DNA of 64,000 nucleotides from Blepharisma stoltei ATCC 30299 (lineage: Eukaryota > Protista > Ciliophora), in the NCBI GenBank assembly GCA_965603825.1, contig CBFDEM010000005.1, positions 434,001 through 498,000 of the forward strand, in the 5' to 3' direction. Shown one piece after another: positions 1-11,070 of the stretch (the first letter of the stretch is position 1; each line of letters opens with the position of its first letter). The position numbers were made by a program, and so were the translations under genes. Under the pieces are notes generated by a model. The model had not been told where the DNA came from. It worked only from the letters and a program-made list of their open reading frames with translations, and did no database searches.

Positions 1-156
1 TAATATTTAGTTCAAAATGGCAGAAATTTTAAGTTGCTGATTTTTTTTTTCTTTGATATAACTTCATATAGCTAGAAGGCACTTGAATTTATTTATCGTG
101 TTTTTTTAATTAAAGTTCTTTATTTAATGCAGCATTATTATAAGTTATAAATATCC

Positions 157-2130
157 ATGAACATTTCCCTGACATTAGACAGTCTCAACCAATTCCATCA
201 AAAAGCAATGGAAATAGACCAAATCAATCAATTCCGTGATGATATAGTGACACTTATAAAATCTTCTTCAAAGAAAGGCCTCTTCAAAGGAATTATAAAT
301 CCTTCTGAGCACATTCAGAATTCACGCACAAAAAAATTAAATAGTATTTTACCCAAAAACCAATTTCACAATAGAATAAATATTTTTGAGGAATTCATTA
401 AGCATCCAGATGTCAGCATTGGCATAAATGTTCCTCCAACTTTGGTTCGCATTGCCCAATCAGCTGTTCCATTTTTAATTCAGACATTAAAAAATGGCAA
501 AGTCGCAACAAGAGTCTATCAAGAAGGTGAATTTTTCATCCAAAATAAAGAAGATGATAATAGTATTTTTTGCTATAAAGCTCAGAATAAAGAAACTGTC
601 CTATTTTTTGATGGGGAATCTGCAAAATTAATGTGGGAATCATCTCAAGAACCAGTAGCGATGCAGCCATTTATTGAAAGCTTATCAAACCCCCCTTCTC
701 TGACAAGAATAGTCTGAAAAGAAGGCTCAAAAACAAAATATTTCTCAATCATAAACAAGAAAAAAATCCCAGTCAGGTCTAAAAGTGGAACTAAAGTTAC
801 CCTAGATAAAAAAGTAAAGCAAGCACGTTTACGTTCATGCGTTTCTCCTTTCGAGTATTCAAAATCAATATTAAAGACTACAAAGTCCGTGAACAATCCT
901 TTCAAGCTTAATTCAAATCTTAAATTCCCAAGGTTCGAAAGCAGTCCAAGTAATTCTAAAGCGAGTTTAAATCAGTCAGATTTTTCCAATATTAAAAAGA
1001 ATTTGATTTGAAGCGATGTTGAGAAGATAATAGAAGTTGACAGAACAAAAAATTTTCTTGTAAATTCAAAAGTCCCAGAAAATTGCATTTCATTGGAGAC
1101 TAAAGGAAAATTTGATGAGATAGATAAAATGACTTTTAATGTTGTGAATTTTTTGAATGAACATGTTTTTAAAGATTTTAAGATATCTGCAATAGTTCTT
1201 GATTTTATACAAGATAAAAGTAGAAAATGAATATTATTGAAATGCAGAGAATGCTCTTTTGATAGTCATTTTGATATTAATTTTCATCATGAAAAAGAAA
1301 GAAGCTCAAGCTTGCCAAGAAGAAAATTATCCAGTAGCTCATCAAAAGGTTCTAATTCATTCCATGAAGAAATGGCAGAGCCAGAAATATTAGATAATCG
1401 CTTAAGCTTTAATAATCGAGAAGAATTAAAATGCAATGAAGCCCAAGTGCAATCTAAAAAAAAGCCAAAATCCATTCCACTTGATGAAATTTCTGAAAAA
1501 GATTTATCAGGAAGATATGAAAAAATTAATAAAATAGCAAACCAAAAAACGATTATCACTCCAAATATCATAAAAGAGCCATCAACGCCCCAATATTATA
1601 CCTCAAATCCACTATTGTCAAAATTTAAATGCCCTTATCATAAAGTAATCATTGATCAAATTAAGCCTCAAGACTCAGTCCAAAACTATACTCAGCAGCA
1701 TATGAATGAAGCTGTAGATAGCTTTGACGAAATCAAAATCAAAGGGCAAATTTCTAAATTACGATCTGAAAACTTAGTTCAAAAGTATGGAGGTGATCTT
1801 TTTTGGCAAGAATTTATCCTATCATTGTATAATAAAGTTTTGGCAAGTGAGTTACTTAATAAGTATTTCAAAAATTGCAAACTTGAAAATTTTACGATGA
1901 TAGTTAATGGGATGTTCATTATATTTAATGGCCAAGTTAGCCTTGAATTTAGAAGAAAAGTAAGGGCTATGCATCAAAATATGGGATTGCTTGAAAAGGA
2001 GTTTGATTGCTATTCAAATATCTTTGAAGATCAGCTTAATGAATATCAAGTTGAGGAAAATGATAAACAGATTATTATGTCTCAAATCAAATCCATGAAG
2101 TATCTTATTTGCAGACAGACTTGTATATAA
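157..2130 (+). CDS. 657-aa protein: N-terminal ATP-grasp-like region fused to a C-terminal group I truncated haemoglobin (2/2 globin)
   Basis: One frame from ATG157 to TAA2130, with only TGA (715, 1009, 1228) in between. C-terminus KYGGDLFWQEFILSLYNKVLASELLNKYF...VRAMHQNMGLLEKEFD fits trHbN (GG, B10 Tyr, CD1 Phe, F8 His). N-terminal GINVPPT / CYK / MQPFIE / TRIV / VLDFIQDKSRKWILL follow ATP-grasp motif order. Confidence 0.8.
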
Positions 2131-2204
2131 ATATCAAACCCATTTAAATTAAAAAATTAAAATTTTTTTATTATGTTTTATAAGTAGATGCCATATTATC
2201 ATAA

Positions 2205-2768
2205 ATGGGAATTTCATCATCAAATCCTTTAGCGTCATTTAAGAAATTTTCAAGAGAAAGAGGTGTTAAACTCTTTGTGGCTGGATTAGATGCTGCAGGA
2301 AAAACATCAATGATGTATAGGCTTAAAAATTTTCAACAAAATTCTGCTGAGTTTGAATATGGGGTTTATAATTATTGTGAGAACATTTGAATTCAAAATA
2401 TATACTTTATTAATTTAGATCTTGGTGGGGTAATGCGATTTAAAGATTTATTTCAACTTTCCTACCAGGAGAACATTAAAGGAATTATTTTTGTTGTGGA
2501 TTCGAGTGACAGAGATAGAATTGAGGATGCAAAGTCAGACTTTCAGGAAATTTTAAGACAAGAGCTACTTAGTGGCATTCCAGTTTTAATATTGGCAAAC
2601 AAGCAAGATCTACCTGGAGTTATGACGGTAGATGAAATTAAAGAAAAGTTTGAATTATTTTTAATTAGAGGTAGAAGTTGATACCTTCAAGGGTGCTCTA
2701 TGATAACTAACAATGGATTATCTGAAGGACTAGAATGGCTCTCAAGAGCAATCCAATCAGACTCATAA
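2205..2768 (+). CDS. Atypical Arf-family small GTPase, 187 aa
   Basis: MG start, GLDAAGKTS P-loop, IIFVVDSSDRDRI, ILANKQDL, RGRS[TGA=W]YLQGC, EGLEWLS. G2 and G3 motifs deviate (LDLGGV). Confidence 0.9.
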
Positions 2769-2844
2769 ATACCTCATAATTTGCTACTAAAGACATAATT
2801 TTTTATTTTAATTTAAGCAGAAACGTTATTCATTATCTAGTAAG

Positions 2845-3085
2845 CTAAGCTTTATCATTCTTCTGTCCTGACGCAATCTTCCTAGCTTCTTCATAGCTCA
2901 ACTTTAATTCTGCAGGCCCATCATAGCGTTCTTCATCTCCAAAGAAATTTCTTGTTGCAGCAAATACATCTTGTTTATTGGTTTCTTCCACTTCTCCTTC
3001 ATCTCTTTCATAATAATTTGAAATTGATCTTCCCATGTCATCTAAGTTTCCTGTTGGCTTTACCCCATAAAACTTTGATAGAGTT
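2845..3085 (-). pseudogene. 3' fragment of the FAM166-like gene created by the duplication
   Basis: Identical to 3961-4201; lacks the 5' part of the gene. Confidence 0.85.
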
Positions 3086-3253
3086 GGGCTTATGCATCAA
3101 AATATGGGATTGCTTGAAAAGGAGTTTGATTGCTATTCAAATATCTTTGAAGATCAGCTTAATGAATATCAAGTTGAGGAAAATGATAAACAGATTATTA
3201 TGTCTCAAATCAAATCCATGAAGTATCTTATTTGCAGACAGACTTGTATATAA
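3086..3253 (+). pseudogene. 3' fragment of the globin-domain gene created by the duplication
   Basis: Copy of 1964-2130 (one extra T near the junction); lacks the upstream gene. Confidence 0.85.
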
Positions 3254-3327
3254 ATATCAAACCCATTTAAATTAAAAAATTAAAATTTCTTTATTATGTT
3301 TTATAAGTAGATGCTATATTATCATAA

Positions 3328-3884
3328 ATGGGAATTTCATCATCAAATCCTTTAGCGTCATTTAAGAAATTTTCAAGAGAAAGAGGTGTTAAACTCTTTG
3401 TGGCTGGATTAGATGCTGCAGGAAAAACATCAATGATGTATAAGCTTAAAAATTTTCAACAAAATTCTGCTGAGTTTGAACATGGGTTTTATTATGAGAA
3501 CATTTGAATTAAAAATATATACTTTATTAATGTAGACGTTGGTGGGGCAATGCGATTTAAAGAGATTTTTCAACTTTCCTACCAGGAGAACATTAAAGGA
3601 ATTATTTTGTTGTGGATTCGAGTGACAGAGATAGAATTGAGGACGTAAAGTCAGTCTTTCAGGAAATTTTAAGACAAGAGCTACTTAGTGGCATTCCAGT
3701 TTTAATATTGGCAAACAAGCAAGATCTACCTGGAGTTATGACGGTAGATGAAATTAAAGAAAAGCTTGAATTATTTTTAATTAGAGGTAGAAGTTGATAC
3801 CTTCAAGGATGCTCTATGATAACTAACAATGGATTATCTGAAGGACTAGAATGGCTCTCAAGAGCAATCCAATCAGACTCATAA
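3328..3884 (+). pseudogene. Second atypical Arf copy with a 1-bp frameshift (pseudogene or homopolymer sequencing error)
   Basis: Paralog of 2205-2768. The T-run at 3605-3608 has 4 T versus 5 T at 2488-2492, shifting IIFVVD out of frame. Confidence 0.7.
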
Positions 3885-3960
3885 ATACCTCATAATTTGC
3901 TACTAAAGACATAATTTTTTATTTTAATTTAAGCAGAAACGTTATTCATTATCTAGTAAG

Positions 3961-4548
3961 CTAAGCTTTATCATTCTTCTGTCCTGACGCAATCTTCCTA
4001 GCTTCTTCATAGCTCAACTTTAATTCTGCAGGCCCATCATAGCGTTCTTCATCTCCAAAGAAATTTCTTGTTGCAGCAAATACATCTTGTTTATTGGTTT
4101 CTTCCACTTCTCCTTCATCTCTTTCATAATAATTTGAAATTGATCTTCCCATGTCATCTAAGTTTCCTGTTGGCTTTACCCCATAAAACTTTGATAGAGT
4201 TTCATAAGGAATTTGATTGATTGGATCCTCAGGTGGCAAAGGATATTCTTTTGGATGTAAAAACGGAACGTAAACTCTTAGCTGGTTTACGTAGTTTTCT
4301 TGGGTAATTGTTTTAAATTTGTCTTCAACTGGGATATCACGGCCTTTGTTATAAGTCCCTAAGGCAGACATTTCAGTTATTTTGCCATAGGTTTTACCAA
4401 AAAGATTTTCTGACTTGGCACCAGGGATAAAACCCATGTAATTTGGAAGCTGGGGCCTTCTAGGCTGTGGCTGGGGAGGTTCTTCGATTTGCTGATTTTT
4501 AGGGATATGGCCTGTGTAACCAGGAAGATGGCCGTGTCTTTCTAACAT
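3961..4548 (-). CDS. FAM166/CIMIP2-like ciliary microtubule inner protein, 195 aa
   Basis: PGYTGHIP and PNYMGFIPGAKSENLFGKTYG motifs; ends TAG. Confidence 0.7.
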   Translation of the reverse strand: MLERHGHLPGYTGHIPKNQQIEEPPQPQPRRPQLPNYMGFIPGAKSENLFGKTYGKITEMSALGTYNKGRDIPVEDKFKTITQENYVNQLRVYVPFLHPKEYPLPPEDPINQIPYETLSKFYGVKPTGNLDDMGRSISNYYERDEGEVEETNKQDVFAATRNFFGDEERYDGPAELKLSYEEARKIASGQKNDKA

Positions 4549-4685
4549 ATTAAATTTAATAATTAATGCTAAAATATACTAAAGAAACGATTATAGCAAG
4601 TTAAACTTTAGAGAACCCGATAGGATTTCAAACTGTGAAAGTTTTCATTAAATTAGGCTCCAAATTTATTAAAGAAATTTGGACA

Positions 4686-5243
4686 TTAGCAAATCGCTTT
4701 GCCTTCAAAGCGGATAAGCTGAAACGATTCTTCTATTATTTCCAGAGACAGTTGTTGGGCAAGTCTATTTATAAATTGATTGATATCAAATTCTAGCCTT
4801 TGAATTGATGCTGTAGTGATCCCAAATTCTTTGCAATAAATTCTATTCCTTACCCTAAAAAGGTTCAAACTTGAGTTAATAGTGTGATTCAATAGCCACC
4901 CAAATATGGCTGTTTTTGGACATTTAACTAAGCCTTTGATGATTGAATTATAAAAGACAGAGCGAGAAGAAGTCACATTTTTTAGTATTCATGCCGATAC
5001 AATCAGGAATTCTTCAATATTCGCTAGGTTTTTATTTCGAGAACAATCAAAAATCATACAAAGAAAACATAGCTCTTGGCTGGAAAGATGAAACTTCTTT
5101 GCAATTTTGATTCAAGGGCTACACATAGTTTGGGGAATTTTAGTTTTAATGCAAATACGATTTATAATTTGCATGTGGGCTACCGTAAAAGCCTGCTCGT
5201 ATTTCATTAAGACCAATTTTTTGATGCTTATGCTTTTAACCAT
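4686..5243 (-). CDS. Uncharacterised 185-aa protein, possible divergent cyclin fold (paralog A)
   Basis: Open with TGA=Trp from MVKSISIKK to TAA4686 (alternative upstream ATG at 5267). Aligns end to end with 5885-6403. Confidence 0.8.
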
Positions 5244-5884
5244 TATTCTTAGTAGAAAATTAATCATAATTTATATATAAATTGAAATTAGAATAAATTC
5301 TCAAATTGATTTTTATGTATGGATCAAAGACCTTATACTGATCCATTAATTTCAGATTTATTATACTCTGAATAAAATAAACTTTAAATACTAAAATGCC
5401 TCAATAATTTAAGTTAATGCTTTAATTTTGACAATAAAATATAGATAGAATATAAAGATAGCAGAATTACTTGTGAGAAATTACCGTAACAATTGCAAGC
5501 TAGATCTTACCTTTTGAATTAAAAAGAATTTAATTTTTGTCCTTTTTAAATTTATTATTATTATCTTTAAAAATATTTTTGTTATAGTAAAAGGATTACG
5601 CTTAAGACTAATTATGGTAGAATATTTAATGGCTTCCCTAAAACTTAAACGCAGTGGCATATTTAATCTCAATAAAGTTCTTAGGAGCTAAGCGAATGAT
5701 ATTAAGGGGTTTTTATTAAATATCTTATTTATTATTTCTTACCTTTCTATTATAATTTTAATTTAAATTTATTATTCAACATAATAAATCAGAAAGCATT
5801 TGTGAATTTTAATTGTTTAATTTTCCGAAATATTAATTTTTATTATATTAAATAATGCTAAGACTCTTTTAATCTTAGTTGATG

Positions 5885-6403
5885 TTAAGTAACTAAAAAT
5901 AATACCTCTTCTGTTATTTCGGCAGCTATCTTCTGAGCAAGTCGACTTAGAAACTGATTTACTTTAATTTCAAAGAATTGGATGCTCTGCAAAGAAATTC
6001 CGAAGTCTTGGGAATAAATTAATATACCAGGCATCGTAGATATCCTAAGTTGAAGGCCTAAAGTGAATTTTAAAATTCATCCTAAAGTTACTGCCTTCAA
6101 GTTTTTGACTAGTTTATTAGCTACTGACTGATACAGAAAACCATCATGAGTCGTCACGCATTTTACAAGCCAGGCAGCTATAGTAAAGAATTCTTCTTTT
6201 CTTATTTTTGCTGATTTCAAAATGAGGCTGAAGAAAAATATTTCAAAAATTGTCATGTGGAAGTCTACTGCTATCTTGACTAAGCAATTATAAAATTTCG
6301 CTTTTCCTACCCAAATTCTATTAATTGTTTGCATATGGAGTATTGAAAAGGAATTCTTATACTTCAATGATAGCAGTCTCTTAATGCTGATCCTTTTTAC
6401 CAT
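5885..6403 (-). CDS. Uncharacterised 172-aa protein, possible divergent cyclin fold (paralog B)
   Basis: MVKRISIKR... reads through TGA6077-6079 to TAA5885-5887. Homologous to 4686-5243. Confidence 0.8.
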
Positions 6404-6659
6404 TAATTTGATTATTTGACTAAAGTTTTTTAATGAGAAAATCTATATAAATTGCTTATGTGATTAATTTGGTATTTTGTATATAACGGAAACATCATTT
6501 ATTTTTTTTTGATATTCAAAATGAAATAAATAAATTTTCATTTACTTGGCATGCAATGATTTATTATAAGGCCTATAGTGCTATTAGCAAAGGATGGCAA
6601 AAGTAATAAAATTATTTTCTATAGGAGTATGTTAATAAAGATACGGTTTTTGTCTTGCA

Positions 6660-6990
6660 AACTTTTTATTTTTCCATGGTAATGCCCCTTCATCGGGCAA
6701 CAGGCCAGGATTCTTCGTTAAGTGGTCTGAAGCAATCATTACACAAAAGCCTATTTTTAGTAAGATTTAATGGTGAAATCTGCTCTGGGCAGCATATCGC
6801 CTCAAGCCTCAGCTGGGATGGGTTGTCTTAGACAAAGAGATAGTGAGGAAATCCTAAACCTGAAACTTAAGAAGCGTAGAAGAAGTCATCTCAGTCATTC
6901 ATAGGTAAAAATTGCGTTCCTCCCAACTCAGGGGACTGATGCGTATGACTGATAGCAAAATTCTACTAGGGCAAGCATGCAACAATCCAA
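6660..6990 (+). mobile_element. Possible decayed Tc1/mariner/IS630-type transposase fragment
   Basis: Less AT-rich patch. One stop-interrupted frame gives NFLFFHGNAPSS...LLWAAY...SVEEVISVI...DSKILLGQAC, resembling FxxDNAPxH...LxWPxYSP...EEL...DSMPRRLQAC. Confidence 0.3.
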
Positions 6991-7351
6991 GCAATATTGT
7001 AGAGAGATTCAAACAGAGGAAAGCCACAAGAATGTTCAATGTTCAAAAATAACAAAAATTTGATCTTAAATCCTAAAGAATTAGATTATCTATTAGAATT
7101 TGCTCAAATTTATTGATTATTATGAGATAGTATTTCTATAAAATAAATATACCTGAAATAAGCTTAATTTGAAGTAAAATTACTTTGGTCAATTTATGTG
7201 GCATATTAAGGCCGGTCTGCGAATTATTTTTACAGTCTATATAATGATTTTAACAAAAAATATTTGCAAGATAAAATAATTTCCATTACTTATTGTAAAT
7301 TATCTATAACTCCAATGTTTCTTCCATAATTGTTTTCAAGAAATTTTAAGT

Positions 7352-10300
7352 ATGGGAGATTTAAACAGACCTCTTCTTGGCTTATCTAATTCAAATACTC
7401 AAGATTTATCTCCATTAAAACTTGAACGCAGCCCTGCAAAAGACCAAAAGTCGTCTTCAGACTCAAGTGTCTATTATCTCAGCATGGGAAAAATAGAAAA
7501 ACGTAAGCGAAAAGGAAGTATTGAAAAATTTATTCGAAAATTCAATTATTTTGTCCCAGTTGAAGCTTTTGCAGATTTTAAATGCAATTTTGATATAACT
7601 AGTGATAAAAATTATGTTTTTTCAGGTACAAGTGAAGGAGATCTGGCTATGTATGGCTTCGATGAAAAACGAATTCAAACTCAAAAAGTTGCCCATCAGG
7701 CAGTTTCCTATATAAAGCTCGACTCAAGCAATGATTATATTTTTATAGGCGTTATAGACGGTGTCATAGGAAGGCTTAACTTAGGTGGGGATTACGAAAT
7801 TGATGAGTTTCTCTGTCACAAATCAATGATAACTGGCATAAAAGTTTCTTCAGACGACGAATGAATGTACTCTTCCAGCAAAGACTCAAAAATTATCAAA
7901 TGAAGAGTGGAAGATAAGGAGCCTAAGTTGCTTTATAAGCATGAAAACGCAAATGAAATTGATTTAAGCGAAGATAATAAAATTATCATTAGCTCTGGGA
8001 GTGATAAACTAGTAAAAGTTTGGAATGTTGATACTAATGCTGAAGTAATTGCATTAGGACCAATGGGCTTTGAGATTAAATGCATAAAGTTTTCAAAATC
8101 CAAATTTATTGCATGCGGGACCTCAGATGGAGAAATCAAAGTATGGGAATGAGGATCATTTGAAGTTAAACACATTTTTCATATGGACGATAAAAACTGT
8201 TCAGCTATAGGTTTTTTATATGGAGAAGACTATTTAGTGTCGTCATATAAAACTATACAAATTTGGAATATGTGAACTGGAGAGTCAGATATCACTCTAA
8301 ATAACCAAAGAAGCGAAACTATAAGACTACTTGTAGATCAGAACAAAATTTTTTCAAGTACCAAAGATAAAAGATTCTTAATCTGAAATTTCCCTGAAAT
8401 TCCGGATCAGGTGTGCATCCAAGCTCATGATGGAGAAATCCTAGACATGCTATGGAATAGCGAGTATAAGCTGTACTTTTCATTAGGAGTTGATAGAAAA
8501 ATTATTGCATGAGAAGTAGGAACTAATGAGAAAAAGCATGAATTTTACTGTGAAGGCAACAGCACCCCAACAATGTGCTTAACACCTGATAAAGATTACA
8601 TTGTTACAACTTATAAGCATGGGCTGATGTTTTGAGATTTTACATATGGGAAAACATGGGAGCATGAAGTTTCTGAAGAGTGCAGTGTAAACGCTCTTAT
8701 TTTTAGTCCATCAGGAGAATATTTTATTACTGGTGATGACAAATGGATGACGTTTTTCAAATATAAAGCAGGCAATTTATATCAAAATTGGAAGATTTTA
8801 AGACAATTCACAATCACATCGCCAATCAGTGCTTGAGATATGACAGAAAATGACTCCATACTCATTGTAGGGTTAAAAAGTGGAGATATCTGGCTTTTTA
8901 GTTTAATTGCAAATAAGCCTACAAAAGTATGCGAGCTTCTTGGCCATACAGATTTTATTTCAGGACTCCAACTTTTAAGGAATGAAGATCATTTTATATC
9001 GGTTTCCTATGACACCACAATTCGTATATGAAATCTCAATAAAAAATGATGCATGAGGGTAATAAAATATCATGCGGACAAAATCTTAAGCTTGGTAATT
9101 CCAAATAATGAATGTTTTATTGTTAGCTCCAAAGATAAAAGTATTTCTATCTGGGCGTTAAACAGTTTTTCATTAGTAACAGCACTTAATTATCAAAGTG
9201 GAGGAAAAGTTTTTATTTTTCCAGGTATTGATTATAAGTTGTATTTAGCTCAAATTGGTGGAGAAATTTGTATTCAAAAAAATCCTTTAGGCGATGATTT
9301 TGCTTTTTATGGACCTGGGAAAAAAATTTGTTTATTTTTGAATTATGTCAATAATATATTGACTCGGCAAAATCAGAAATATATAGAAGAGCTAGATAAA
9401 TGGGTGATTATGCCTTATAAGATTAATACAACTCATTTGTTTTCTTATTTTCAAATGCCAAATCACTTAAAATGTGCTTTAGATAATGATAGTGCATTTT
9501 TTGAAACCTCTTTTTGGGAAAATCCTTTATCTTTGAGTTTAGCTGGCTCGAGCAATATAATTAGTATTATTTTGTATGGACTTTGCAGAAAAGTTTCATT
9601 CAATCCTTATGAAGTTCAGTTAATAAGCGGCTATTTACCTCAATTAAATATAGAATGATATAAATATCCAAAGCCACTTGAGCAGCTTTATCAAAGCATT
9701 CTTCACCCAGTGAAGATAATAAATAATGTTCCACAGTTCTGCGAAAGTTTACCAAGCCCAATTGTTCATAAATCAGACTATTTATCTATTGTCCCGACTG
9801 ATCTAATTCCAATAAGCCAGCTTAAAAAACGAGGCCAGCCTATCGTATTCTGGGAAAATGCTTTATGGGTTCACCAATATGGTTCATATGAGAGTTTAAA
9901 ATTTTTGAACAGTTTATATGAGCACCCAAATCCAGAAATTTTAAGGACGAAGTTTGTTAAAGCAATTTTAGACTCCAAATGAAGAGATGTTAGATATGTT
10001 CTATTTTGCTATGGGCTTATTTATATTTCTTTTCTAATTTTATATTTTATTCATACTCTTGATCGCCACCATAATCCTGAAAGTATGCTTTTACCAATTT
10101 TTGTAATTAATGCTGTCATGCTTTTATTTGAATTTTTGCAAATGTATTTGAGCGGAAGAGATTATTGGGGAGATATATGGAATTTTTTTGATATGACGAG
10201 GTGTTCTTTTGTGATACTTTATGCTGTTTTAGTATGAGTGATAGGAATTAATGAGTTGACCAACTATTTTTTGTCTTGGATTACGTTAATTTCATGGATT

Positions 10301-11044
10301 AGAGGAGTAGCGTTTTTTAGGTTTTTTGAAAGAACTAGATATATGGTGAGATTGCTTAGAGAGGTTTTATCAGATATAGAGTCATTTTTCTTTCTGCTGT
10401 TCTATTCAACATTTGGATTTGGAGTTGTCTTTATGGCAGTTCAAAATAATCCTGAAAAATCATTTTTTTCAGTTTTATCATGATCTTATTTAATTGATTT
10501 AAGCTCAATAGAAATAGAAAGCTATGATATTTCTGATTATGCTGTATTCTTATTTGCTTCTGTAGTAAATCTTATTATTATGATGAATATTTTGATTTCT
10601 GTTATTGGAGATACTTATGATAGAGTTCAAGAAGGAATTATCGTTGCTGACAGAATTGAGCTATTAGAAATTATTATTGAAGGCGAAACTTTGGCCTATT
10701 GAAATAGAAAAAATGAGTCACATTCATTTATACAAATGCTAACATTGGACAAAAACGAAGAAGATTATACTTGGCTTGGAAAAGTTAGGGAAATAAAAGC
10801 AAGACTTATTACGCTATCGAAAACTGTCGATCAAACTGTTGAAAAAAATGATAAACGAGCAGAAAAATTAGATAAGAATTTAGCTAAAATTAAAGCAAGT
10901 AATAAGAGCTTGGAAGAAAGGCTCAAAGTAATGAAAAAACATAACAAACTAATGGAAGAAAACTTCGAAGCATTTTCGAATAAAATGGATGAAAAAATGA
11001 GAAATCTTGAAGACCTGCTCACAAAAGCAATAAAAAGTCAATAA
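7352..11044 (+). CDS. WD40-repeat / TRP-like (6-TM ion transport) channel, 1230 aa
   Basis: Seven ORF-track pieces share one frame joined by TGA. WD40 repeats often have TGA at the W position. KAILDSKW, FEFLQM...WNFFD, WIRGVAFFRFF, IIMMNILISVIGDTYDRV; C-terminal coiled coil. Confidence 0.88.
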
Positions 11045-11070
11045 TTTATATAAACTTATTAATACTCTTA

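Larger units (their letters stand above)
1964..4201. repeat. Direct tandem duplication, ~1.12-kb unit (1964-3085 and 3086-4201)
   Basis: Near-identical units. The junction at 3085/3086 (ttgatagagtt|gggcttatgcatc) joins a truncated copy of the FAM166-like gene to the 3' part of the globin gene. Confidence 0.95.
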
